From positions 19,572-83,571 of IMG/VR virus record IMGVR_UViG_3300005805_000065: 64,000 nucleotides of DNA; one strand, 5' to 3'. Positions 38,915 through 45,539 of the stretch are shown here, one piece after another. A model generated the notes under the pieces. The model worked only from the letters and a program-made list of their open reading frames with translations. It did not search any database and was not told the DNA's origin. The position numbers were made by a program, and so were the translations under genes. Source of the stretch: a virus (taxonomy: Duplodnaviria > Caudoviricetes). Position 1 is the stretch's first letter, and each line of letters opens with the position of its first letter.

Positions 38915-39060
38915 AAAGATGTTTTAAAAATGAAGAAGATTTAGTATTAGAGCTAATAAAAGCTCTCGAAGCCCAATATGATTATATGATATCCCCAGAA
39001 GATGAACAAATGTATAAAGAATGGTTAGATTGGTTAAGAAATAAATACGATAATATTTAA
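38911..39060 (+). CDS. 49-aa hypothetical protein
   Basis: ATGA overlap, fills gap. Confidence 0.5.
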   Translation: MKRCFKNEEDLVLELIKALEAQYDYMISPEDEQMYKEWLDWLRNKYDNI

Positions 39061-39069
39061 GGAGACACA

Positions 39070-39330
39070 ATGGAAATGAAATATAATGATTGGTTGGAGA
39101 AATATCAACCAATTCCACACCCGGATTCTAAAGATGGTCATATTTATTATGAAACATTTGGAGAAGATTACGAAATGGTAAAGAAAGCAAATCGTAACAA
39201 TGTTTGGACACTTGTTCAGGCTGATGAAGATTTGATCATTATTAATCATTTTGCCTGGGTAAATAGAATTAATTATTTAATAACAGAAGTTCCGTATAAT
39301 CCAGATGAACACATTGAGGTTGTAGACTAA
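39070..39330 (+). CDS. hypothetical phage protein
   Basis: YETFGED...VWTLV...WVNRINYLITE; AAGGAG RBS. Confidence 0.65.
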   Translation: MEMKYNDWLEKYQPIPHPDSKDGHIYYETFGEDYEMVKKANRNNVWTLVQADEDLIIINHFAWVNRINYLITEVPYNPDEHIEVVD

Positions 39331-39533
39331 TGAACATTAACAATACGATAAGCAAAATAAAAGAAGCAAGAAAAGATGCTCTGAAGGAAAGAAGATATGC
39401 AGAAGCTGATGGTAACTCAGATTATGCTTTTTGGGATGGTTATATCAGTGGTATGGATCAAGCAATCTTTCTTCTTGAACAAAAAGTAGAAAAGAAAAAA
39501 GCTAAGAAAGAAAACAAAAAAGAGAAAAAATAG
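39330..39533 (+). CDS. hypothetical protein
   Basis: Coupled ORF. Confidence 0.55.
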   Translation: MNINNTISKIKEARKDALKERRYAEADGNSDYAFWDGYISGMDQAIFLLEQKVEKKKAKKENKKEKK

Positions 39534-39569
39534 TACTAATATTAACTATAAATTATCACAAGGACAATA

Positions 39570-39794
39570 ATGACAAATATCGAACAATTAGAGGAGAAAT
39601 TAAATTATGTTCACTGCGTTTTTCAAGAGCTGGAAACTATGGCTATTAATCTTCCTATCGGGGATTATAACCTTTGCTATAGTTATTTGGAGGAGGCTCG
39701 AGAATACATTAGATTACTTATTGAACAAAGAAGACGAGAGAATCCTGAAGGATATACTTTCATCACAAAAGAAGGATTTGTAACATGGGAATAA
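39570..39794 (+). CDS. hypothetical protein
   Basis: AAGGA RBS. Confidence 0.55.
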   Translation: MTNIEQLEEKLNYVHCVFQELETMAINLPIGDYNLCYSYLEEAREYIRLLIEQRRRENPEGYTFITKEGFVTWE

Positions 39795-40042
39795 AAGAAT
39801 TTGATATGCCCGGAGGTGGCAAAATTATACGATTACTAAGCCCGGAACTAGAGAAAAAGATGGCTGAAAAGGAAAAGTATTATACTGTTTCTTTCTCAGA
39901 TGATTATGCAACCCTACAAACAACGGTGGCTGCATTTGATGAAGATGAGGCAATTGATAAAGCAATTGAACAGATATCGGATTACTATGATCTTGATATA
40001 ACTACATGGAAATGTGATGATGTGGAGGAAACAAATGGGTAA
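39785..40042 (+). CDS. hypothetical protein
   Basis: AFDEDEAIDKA motif, shared with next gene and 37027-37245. Confidence 0.55.
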   Translation: MGIKEFDMPGGGKIIRLLSPELEKKMAEKEKYYTVSFSDDYATLQTTVAAFDEDEAIDKAIEQISDYYDLDITTWKCDDVEETNG

Positions 40043-40205
40043 AGGTATGAAAAGATTCTTGGTATCGGCATATTATTCTGACTGGATTATTGCCGGCTCT
40101 GAAGATGAAGCAATTGATGAATTAGCTCATAGAATCGCGGCGGGGTTAATTAAAAGGCATGAATGGGGATTAGAACTACAGGAAGATGATGAGCAATATG
40201 AGTGA
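40035..40205 (+). CDS. hypothetical protein
   Basis: GGAGG RBS; AGSEDEAIDE motif. Confidence 0.55.
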   Translation: MGKGMKRFLVSAYYSDWIIAGSEDEAIDELAHRIAAGLIKRHEWGLELQEDDEQYE

Positions 40206-40335
40206 ACAAAGAGAAAGCCGGGTATGGACTAGATACTGCGATCAAGGATGTGGATATAAGCTGCCAGAAGAATACGCTGAAGATGAAACAACTTGCGGGG
40301 CTTGTCTAAATGAATTGTTATTCCTAGAAGAATAG
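40198..40335 (+). CDS. 45-aa Cys peptide, last gene of the plus-strand run
   Basis: CDQGCG...CGAC. Confidence 0.5.
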   Translation: MSEQRESRVWTRYCDQGCGYKLPEEYAEDETTCGACLNELLFLEE

Positions 40336-40359
40336 ATAAAGGATTGTATCTTCAGTTAA

Positions 40360-40413
40360 GGTATACGCTACCAAATGGGTATACGTAACCAAATGGGTAT
40401 ACGCTACCAAATA
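40360..40413. repeat. three tandem 18-bp repeats GGTATACG(CT/TA)ACCAAAT(G/A)
   Basis: Units start at 40360, 40378, 40396. Confidence 0.92.
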
Positions 40414-40468
40414 GTAAGAGACGAGAGCTCAACTCTCAACATAAATATTAAAATAGATGGGAGTACAT

Positions 40469-40484
40469 TGTTCCACGTGGAACA
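40469..40484. promoter_or_regulatory. parS-consensus palindrome TGTTCCACGTGGAACA
   Basis: Perfect 16-bp palindrome matching the widespread bacterial parS consensus tGTTtCAcGTGaAACa family. Confidence 0.8.
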
Positions 40485-40557
40485 TTCCCAGCTAAAAGCA
40501 AAGGAATATGCTTAAATATAGGCATATTCCCAAAAAAATTTGTCTAAAATGGCATAT

Positions 40558-40645
40558 AAAAATAAATAAAAATAGGTAAAAACATAGTAAAAAGTGGTAA
40601 AAAGTGGGGAAAAGTAGGGAAAAATGGGGCAAAAGATAGTAAAAA
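40558..40645. repeat. nine helically phased A4-5 tracts (intrinsically curved DNA)
   Basis: Tract starts 40558, 40568, 40578, 40589, 40599, 40610, 40620, 40631, 40641; mean period 10.4 bp. Confidence 0.85.
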
Positions 40646-40683
40646 GTGTGCGATTGTGAAATGCTCATATCTTGAGACCCTAT

Positions 40684-40706
40684 ATTACCCCCTCTATAGG
40701 GGTAAT
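40684..40706. repeat. 8-bp inverted repeat
   Basis: ATTACCCC-CTCTATA-GGGGTAAT. Confidence 0.7.
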
Positions 40707-41203
40707 TGGCATAAATTTAAAAGAATATACTGATAGAAACAAATAAACCCCGATTTTTTCATTGCCCTTACTATCGACCTTTTAATCGAGAGAAGTCTCG
40801 AGGATTTTTAGTACAGTTCAAACGACTAATCAACCAATTTTAATATGCAGAGAAAGCCGGATTGATTACAACGTTGTTATTACCGACTTTATAATGTCGG
40901 GGTAGATCAATGGATCTATATCGTCTTTGGTATAGGAATAAATAGAGCCGACTACCCAGCCATTGGCACACAAGGGTGGTCCCTAAAAAAAATTTGCCTG
41001 CATCCGCATAGGCAAAACTAAATACAATTTGAAACAGATATGTAGATATATAGTTATGATTAGGAATATAGATTAAAGTAAAGGAAAAAAGAAATAAAAA
41101 TAAATTGGTGTACAAATAAGAATACATTCTTATTCGGAACACCAACTCAAAGGTTTAGTTTGAAAATATGTAATCAAGTTAGGTAAATACAAATGCAAAA
41201 CAA

Positions 41204-41241
41204 TTGGTGGTCAAGCAGCGCTTAGCTGCTAAGACCACCAA
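41204..41241 (-). other. inverted-orientation TANNC hairpin (module R1)
   Basis: Minus strand TTGGTGGTC-TTA-GCAGC-TAAGC-GCTGC-TT-GACCACCAA. Confidence 0.85.
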
Positions 41242-41247
41242 CGAAAA

Positions 41248-41271
41248 TGCGTGCGCCTTTCGGCGCACGCA
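41248..41271 (-). terminator. intrinsic terminator of cassette 9
   Basis: TGCGTGCGCC-GAAA-GGCGCACGCA-TTTT on minus strand. Confidence 0.85.
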
Positions 41272-41297
41272 CTCCGTGTGAACGGCATTGCCATTGG

Positions 41298-41579
41298 TTA
41301 TTTGGCTAGCGAAACCACACACTCACCGTCAGTAGTCCATTGAATGGACACTTCCAATGAGTGCTGGCTTGCCATTGAAACAACACGATTGCGCACTTTG
41401 TTTTTGTGTGCAATGTAGTTGTCGTCTTCGGGATTGCCTTGTCCGGCTTCGTAGATGAATGCGTCATCTTCTACGCCAGCGTCAAGTGCGAGCAGTTCGG
41501 CTTCCAGGATTGGGTCCTGGAATGCGTCACGACCACGCTTGACTAGTCGGGATTGGATATCGCTCAGGTTCACTTTCAT
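41298..41579 (-). CDS. cassette protein, paralogue family copy 3
   Basis: MKVNLSDIQSRLVKRGRDA...SIQWTTDGECVVS. Confidence 0.85.
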   Translation of the reverse strand: MKVNLSDIQSRLVKRGRDAFQDPILEAELLALDAGVEDDAFIYEAGQGNPEDDNYIAHKNKVRNRVVSMASQHSLEVSIQWTTDGECVVSLAK

Positions 41580-41626
41580 AGTGCGCCTGCCTTTCTTTGT
41601 GATTGGGCAACCCGTTCACGAAGAAC

Positions 41627-41658
41627 ACACTACCTAGACATTGAGAATGTGTATTCAA
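41627..41658 (-). promoter_or_regulatory. cassette promoter (TTGAAT-20-TAGTGT)
   Basis: Member of nine-copy motif. Confidence 0.75.
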
Positions 41659-41685
41659 CAGACTATGCCTATGCATCTAGTGAAC

Positions 41686-41722
41686 GGGCGTGCAACGCAG
41701 CTAGGCGCTGGCTCGCACTCCC
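41686..41722 (+). other. TANNC hairpin (loop TAGGC)
   Basis: GGGCGTGC...CAGC-TAGGC-GCTG...GCACTCCC. Confidence 0.8.
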
Positions 41723-41781
41723 GCCAGGTAAAAGAATTAGAAAATGTATATTAAAAGTGAGACACATAGCGATCCCTAAAG

Positions 41782-41821
41782 GCTGGCGGTCAAGCAGCGT
41801 ATAGCTGCTAAGAACGCCAGC
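41782..41821 (-). other. inverted-orientation TANNC hairpin (module R2)
   Basis: GCTGGCG/CGCCAGC outer stem, GCAGC/GCTGC inner stem, loop TATAC on minus strand. Confidence 0.85.
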
Positions 41822-41827
41822 GAGAAA

Positions 41828-41852
41828 CGCCCCGCCCTTGCGGGGCGGGGCG
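41828..41852 (-). terminator. terminator of cassette 8
   Basis: GC stem with GCAA loop, then TTTCTC on minus strand. Confidence 0.75.
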
Positions 41853-41868
41853 CTCTCACTTGCGGGGA

Positions 41869-42171
41869 TTACTTGCGAAACGAAACGACCATTTCGCCAG
41901 CGTCAGTCCATTGGACGCTGATTTCCACCTCGTCCCCGAGGTGGCGAGTGGCGAGGGAGTTGACACGATTCCGCCAAGTGTTCTTGTGGTTCGTGTACTC
42001 CTCGTTGGTGCTGACGCACTCACCCTCGAATGTCGCCTCCTCGAAGAGGAATGCGTCATCAGGGGTGCTCGGGTCAAGGGCGAGCAATTCCGCTACGAGT
42101 TCAGGGTTCTCGTATGCGTCACGCCCACGCTTGACCAAGCGGGACTGAATCTGTTTCAGGTTGACCTTCAT
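41869..42171 (-). CDS. cassette protein, paralogue family copy 2
   Basis: AAGGAG RBS; MKVNLKQIQSRLVKRGRDA...SVQWTDAGEMVVS. Confidence 0.85.
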   Translation of the reverse strand: MKVNLKQIQSRLVKRGRDAYENPELVAELLALDPSTPDDAFLFEEATFEGECVSTNEEYTNHKNTWRNRVNSLATRHLGDEVEISVQWTDAGEMVVSFRK

Positions 42172-42226
42172 TTCATTTCTCCTTGTTGCGAGGTGATAGG
42201 GAATTGCGTCCTCGTCAACACTCAAC

Positions 42227-42258
42227 ACACTAACTAGGTAATGAGAATGTGTACTCAA
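42227..42258 (-). promoter_or_regulatory. cassette promoter (TTGAGT-20-TAGTGT)
   Basis: Member of nine-copy motif. Confidence 0.75.
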
Positions 42259-42283
42259 CTAACTATGTCTATGGCAACGCAAC

Positions 42284-42325
42284 GCCGGTCGTGCAATGTA
42301 GCTATGCGCTACTATGCCCGCCCGC
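42284..42325 (+). other. TANNC hairpin (loop TATGC)
   Basis: Inner stem TAGC/GCTA. Confidence 0.75.
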
Positions 42326-42383
42326 CGGGGTAAGGTAATTAGAAAATGTGTATTAAAGAGAATGTGAAAGCGATCTCACTGCG

Positions 42384-42422
42384 GCTGGCGGTCAAGAGCG
42401 AATAGCTCGACAGAACGCCAGC
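42384..42422 (-). other. inverted-orientation TANNC hairpin (module R3)
   Basis: GCTGGCG/CGCCAGC outer, GAGC/GCTC inner, loop TATTC on minus strand. Confidence 0.8.
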
Positions 42423-42428
42423 GAGAAA

Positions 42429-42454
42429 CGCCCCGACCCTTTCGGGTCGGGGCG
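42429..42454 (-). terminator. terminator of cassette 7
   Basis: CGCCCCGACCC-GAAA-GGGTCGGGGCG-TTTCTC. Confidence 0.8.
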
Positions 42455-42477
42455 CTTTCGGGGAGTAGGCGTGGTGG

Positions 42478-42774
42478 TTACGCCTTGTATGACACCACCA
42501 TCTCGCCATCCACTGTCCACTGGATGGAGAGTGAGCCATCGGGGATACCGATGCTCGATGCGACCGACTTGACACGGTTGCGCCACAAGTTCTTGTGGTT
42601 CACGTACTCGTCGCTGTCGGTGTCACCTGCGAACGTCGCTTCCTCAAAGAGGAAGGCATCGTCGTTCTCAGGGCTGAGCGCAGTCAGTTCTGCGCTCAAC
42701 TGCTCGTTCTCGTAGGCATCACGCCCACGCTTCACGAGCCTGCTTTGGATGTCTTTCAGGTTTACCTTTGCCAT
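42478..42774 (-). CDS. cassette protein, paralogue family copy 1
   Basis: AAAGGAG RBS; MAKVNLKDIQSRLVKRGRDA...SIQWTVDGEMVVS. Confidence 0.85.
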   Translation of the reverse strand: MAKVNLKDIQSRLVKRGRDAYENEQLSAELTALSPENDDAFLFEEATFAGDTDSDEYVNHKNLWRNRVKSVASSIGIPDGSLSIQWTVDGEMVVSYKA

Positions 42775-42826
42775 TGGGATGGCTCCTTTATGGGTGTCGC
42801 ACGATACCTTCGTGCTGACATCCATC

Positions 42827-42858
42827 ACACTACTTAGGCATTGAGAAAGTGTATTCAA
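42827..42858 (-). promoter_or_regulatory. cassette promoter (TTGAAT-20-TAGTGT)
   Basis: Member of nine-copy motif. Confidence 0.75.
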
Positions 42859-42884
42859 CTTAGTATGCGTATGCTACGAGAGAA

Positions 42885-42923
42885 CTGGCGTGCAAGCGGA
42901 GCTAAGCGCTCCTCGCCCACCAG
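42885..42923 (+). other. TANNC hairpin (loop TAAGC)
   Basis: Inner stem GGAGC/GCTCC. Confidence 0.8.
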
Positions 42924-42942
42924 CCGCAAGACAAAAAGAAAA

Positions 42943-42966
42943 GGGGTGAGCCTTTCGGCTCACCCC
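42943..42966 (-). terminator. terminator of cassette 6
   Basis: GGGGTGAGCC-GAAA-GGCTCACCCC + T-tract. Confidence 0.9.
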
Positions 42967-42973
42967 AGGTCTT

Positions 42974-43288
42974 TCACCTACGCCTGCGCTCTCGTTGGAG
43001 CCTGCGTATGGCTGGTTTGGTGTTGTCGAGGTAGATACCCCATTCAGTACCTTCTCGACGGTATCGCACGGCGTAGTCGCGAACCCTCACACACTTGCTG
43101 TCCTTGCGTGCCAACACGTGCTTTGCCGTGGTGAACACTTTGGTGAACATCACGGCTGTCTCGCTGTCCGAGACAGTCAGAAGTTTCACCATTGTGGGAC
43201 GACGCTTGAGCCTGAGCACTCCGAACGCCTTTCGGAGCCGAGCGAGAGCCCAGTATCCGTATTCGTCTGCCAATGTCATTGTTGCCAT
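42974..43288 (-). CDS. basic cassette protein
   Basis: Between motif promoter and terminator; ends RRLQRERRRR. Confidence 0.75.
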   Translation of the reverse strand: MATMTLADEYGYWALARLRKAFGVLRLKRRPTMVKLLTVSDSETAVMFTKVFTTAKHVLARKDSKCVRVRDYAVRYRREGTEWGIYLDNTKPAIRRLQRERRRR

Positions 43289-43338
43289 TGTTGCCTTTCT
43301 CGCAACCGTTGTCTGAACGGTTGCCGTTGTTGATTAGT

Positions 43339-43370
43339 ACACTAACTAGGCATTGAGAATGTGTACTCAA
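43339..43370 (-). promoter_or_regulatory. cassette promoter (TTGAGT-20-TAGTGT)
   Basis: Member of nine-copy motif. Confidence 0.75.
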
Positions 43371-43396
43371 CTATGGAGAGTGTATCTACCGTGTGT

Positions 43397-43437
43397 GCGG
43401 GCGTGCAACCTAGCTAAGCGCTCGATCGCCCACCCGC
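43397..43437 (+). other. TANNC hairpin (loop TAAGC)
   Basis: GCGGGCG...AGC-TAAGC-GCT...CACCCGC. Confidence 0.75.
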
Positions 43438-43454
43438 CCTAAGACAAAAAAAGA

Positions 43455-43480
43455 GGGCGAGGGGCTTGCGCCCCTCGCCC
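43455..43480 (-). terminator. terminator of cassette 5
   Basis: GGGCGAGGGGC-GCAA-GCCCCTCGCCC + T-tract. Confidence 0.9.
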
Positions 43481-43486
43481 GACTTC

Positions 43487-43729
43487 TTATTCCTCTTCGG
43501 CTTCCATTGCGTCAGCCATTACCTGCCAGCACTCAGCGCCGATTCCTGAGATGAGAACCTCACGGTCGTCGAGGCTCAGGAATGGGAGAGCGTCCTGAAT
43601 CAGGTACTCTCCACTCTGCCATTGGGAGAGCCCGACCATTGTTGCGATGAACAACTCGTCGGGGACAGTCACCGTGTGGTTAGCACCACAGATGACGCAC
43701 TCCTTGTTGTTGGTGATTGTTGCGGACAT
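43487..43729 (-). CDS. cassette protein, putative Zn-binding (CxxC...IQDALPFLS...ISG...C)
   Basis: GAAGGGAAAG RBS; CVIC and ECW motifs. Confidence 0.75.
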   Translation of the reverse strand: MSATITNNKECVICGANHTVTVPDELFIATMVGLSQWQSGEYLIQDALPFLSLDDREVLISGIGAECWQVMADAMEAEEE

Positions 43730-43779
43730 TGCTTTCCCTTCCGCAGTTGGTATCGGACCAACTGCTGTTGTTGAGAAGA

Positions 43780-43811
43780 ACACTACATAGGCATTGAGAA
43801 TGTGTACTCAA
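43780..43811 (-). promoter_or_regulatory. cassette promoter (TTGAGT-20-TAGTGT)
   Basis: Member of nine-copy motif. Confidence 0.75.
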
Positions 43812-43837
43812 CTATGGAGACTGTGTGTATCGTGTGA

Positions 43838-43877
43838 GTGGGCGTTCGCGAAGCTAGGCGCTTAGCCGCCCGCCCAC
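43838..43877 (+). other. TANNC hairpin (loop TAGGC)
   Basis: GTGGGCG/CGCCCAC outer, AAGC/GCTT inner. Confidence 0.8.
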
Positions 43878-43894
43878 CAAAGACAAAAAAAGAG

Positions 43895-43922
43895 GGGAGC
43901 CGAGGCTTTCGCCTCGGCTCCC
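43895..43922 (-). terminator. terminator of cassette 4
   Basis: GGGAGCCGAGGC-GAAA-GCCTCGGCTCCC + T-tract. Confidence 0.9.
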
Positions 43923-43950
43923 ACTCCGTCAGGGCAAGCGTCGGATTGGA

Positions 43951-44286
43951 CTAGCGCCGAGCGAGGCGCAAGGCACGAAGTACCTTGCGAACCCTCGCCT
44001 TGCGCTTATTGCGCTTGCGTGTGCGACGAGCCTTGCGCTTCGTCGCCTCGCTCCACGGCTTGCGCTTGCGCTTGGGCTTGGCGATGTGCCTCACCTGCGC
44101 CTTGGCGCGAGCCTTGGGGCTGGCAACGACCGCTGGGGTCGTCGGGGCGATGACCGTCGCCTGCGGTGCTGGCGCAGTTGCCTGCGCTGGCTTGACTACC
44201 ACCGCTGGCTTGACTGCCTGCGCTGGCTGTGTCTGCCCTGCGAGAAGTGCTCCTCGCAAGGCTGGGTGCTTGCCTGACTTAGCCAT
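43951..44286 (-). CDS. Ala/Pro-rich protein with very basic (K/R) C-terminal half
   Basis: AGGAGG RBS; KPKRKRKPWSEATKRKARRTRKRNKRKARVRK. Confidence 0.75.
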   Translation of the reverse strand: MAKSGKHPALRGALLAGQTQPAQAVKPAVVVKPAQATAPAPQATVIAPTTPAVVASPKARAKAQVRHIAKPKRKRKPWSEATKRKARRTRKRNKRKARVRKVLRALRLARR

Positions 44287-44327
44287 GATGTACCTCCTGG
44301 CTTGTTGGGCTTGCCCTGACACCAACT

Positions 44328-44359
44328 ACCTTACCTAGGCATTGAGAATGTGTACTCAA
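44328..44359 (-). promoter_or_regulatory. cassette promoter (TTGAGT-20-TAAGGT)
   Basis: Member of nine-copy motif. Confidence 0.75.
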
Positions 44360-44385
44360 CTAACAACGAGACAGACATCGTGAGA

Positions 44386-44426
44386 GTGGGCGTACAGCGC
44401 AGCTAAGCGCTGATCCGCACGCCCAC
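44386..44426 (+). other. TANNC hairpin (loop TAAGC)
   Basis: GTGGGCGT/ACGCCCAC outer, CAGC/GCTG inner. Confidence 0.85.
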
Positions 44427-44443
44427 CAGAACACAAAAAGAAA

Positions 44444-44467
44444 GGGGAGGGGCTTTCGCCCCTCCCC
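44444..44467 (-). terminator. terminator of cassette 3
   Basis: GGGGAGGGGC-GAAA-GCCCCTCCCC + T-tract. Confidence 0.9.
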
Positions 44468-44481
44468 AACTTTCCAGCAGT

Positions 44482-44739
44482 CTAAAGACCACTGAACATG
44501 CGCCGTACGGCTTGCTCAAACCGAACGGCTGACCGATACTCAAGCAAGTCCTGATAGATGAACGGACGCTCCGAGCCGAGCATTATGACCTGCTGGACTG
44601 GCTCCATTGACCCATCGGGGTTGATGAGTTTCACGATGAGAGATGTTGCATCCAACGGAGCATTCTCTCGCACCGAGTACGGAAGCGCGATGCCATTACC
44701 AGCATCGAACTCGATTACATTGCCGAAGTAGTACTGCAT
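44482..44739 (-). CDS. cassette protein, hypothetical (85 aa)
   Basis: AAAGGAGG RBS before MQYYFG. Confidence 0.75.
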   Translation of the reverse strand: MQYYFGNVIEFDAGNGIALPYSVRENAPLDATSLIVKLINPDGSMEPVQQVIMLGSERPFIYQDLLEYRSAVRFEQAVRRMFSGL

Positions 44740-44791
44740 GGCAGTACCTCCTTTGCGACTACTTTTGTTTCGTCGCTTGTTGATACCTATT

Positions 44792-44823
44792 ACCTTACCT
44801 AGTGATTGGAAATGTGTACTCAA
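44792..44823 (-). promoter_or_regulatory. cassette promoter (TTGAGT-20-TAAGGT)
   Basis: Member of nine-copy motif. Confidence 0.75.
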
Positions 44824-44850
44824 CAAGTGGAACCGTAGCCATCGAGAGAA

Positions 44851-44890
44851 ATGGTGTTCAGCGCAGCTAAGCGCTGACTCAGTACACCAT
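44851..44890 (+). other. TANNC hairpin (loop TAAGC)
   Basis: ATGGTGT/ACACCAT outer, CAGC/GCTG inner. Confidence 0.8.
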
Positions 44891-44908
44891 CCGAAAGACA
44901 AAAAAGAG

Positions 44909-44947
44909 TGGGGCGCACACACTCGGGGGGTGAGTGTGTGCGCCCCA
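44909..44947 (-). terminator. terminator of cassette 2 (16-bp perfect stem)
   Basis: TGGGGCGCACACACTC/GAGTGTGTGCGCCCCA + T-tract on minus strand. Confidence 0.85.
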
Positions 44948-45001
44948 TTATCTCTTGTTCACCTTGCCTCCCTGTGGCTGGTGGTGGGTGGGATACGGCT
45001 A

Positions 45002-45103
45002 CTACTTGCGGTTGCGCAGGTAGCCGATGATTACAACAGCGCTGAACACGGCAACGGTGATACCGTAGCCGAGATACTCGCTGATGCTGATGGTGATGTC
45101 CAT
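45002..45103 (-). CDS. 33-aa single-pass membrane peptide (cassette 2)
   Basis: AAGGAGG RBS; MDITISISEYLGYGITVAVFSAVVIIGYLRNRK*. Confidence 0.75.
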   Translation of the reverse strand: MDITISISEYLGYGITVAVFSAVVIIGYLRNRK

Positions 45104-45124
45104 CTGTGTACCTCCTTGCCAACC

Positions 45125-45156
45125 ACCTTACCTAGGTATTGGAAATGTGTACTCAA
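45125..45156 (-). promoter_or_regulatory. cassette promoter (TTGAGT-20-TAAGGT)
   Basis: Member of nine-copy motif. Confidence 0.75.
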
Positions 45157-45183
45157 CAAGCGATGTGTACCGTACCGATAGAA

Positions 45184-45222
45184 AGGGCGTGCGAGTCATC
45201 TAGACGATGCATAGCCCGCCCT
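45184..45222 (+). other. TANNC hairpin (loop TAGAC)
   Basis: AGGGCG/CGCCCT outer, CATC/GATG inner. Confidence 0.8.
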
Positions 45223-45240
45223 CCAAAACTCAAAAAGAAA

Positions 45241-45266
45241 GGGGTGGAGGCTTGCGCCTCCACCCC
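45241..45266 (-). terminator. terminator of cassette 1
   Basis: GGGGTGGAGGC-GCAA-GCCTCCACCCC + T-tract. Confidence 0.9.
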
Positions 45267-45272
45267 GATTCC

Positions 45273-45539
45273 TTATTGCTGGACGGTCTGAACCAAGCCA
45301 GCCATCTGGCGAAGCCTATCGACCTCACCTGCTCGGACTTGCGCCCTTGCGTCGTTCGCCTCAACAACTGCCTCAGTCATCTTCAGGACGAGCGAGAGCA
45401 GGTTGCCGATGTGGTGGACGAAGTGAACCATCTGGCTGTCGGGCATTCCGACAACTGCGATGAAGTCGTCCTTGCCGAGCGAGTTCAGGATTGCTTGCGC
45501 CTCCTGCACTCGTTCTGGTGGTGTGAGTGACGTGGACAT
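45273..45539 (-). CDS. cassette protein, hypothetical (88 aa)
   Basis: GAAAGGGG RBS before MSTSLTPP. Confidence 0.75.
   Translation of the reverse strand: MSTSLTPPERVQEAQAILNSLGKDDFIAVVGMPDSQMVHFVHHIGNLLSLVLKMTEAVVEANDARAQVRAGEVDRLRQMAGLVQTVQQ

Noticed and set aside
40840-41145. 101-aa minus-strand ORF in the non-coding zone
   Set aside because: Low-complexity F/L/Y/I composition from AT-rich DNA and no RBS; treated as spurious.
32375-42422. Identical GCTGGCG/CGCCAGC stems in the tRNA-like element and two inverted hairpins
   Set aside because: A 7-bp GC-rich stem can recur by chance, and the enclosed sequences share nothing.
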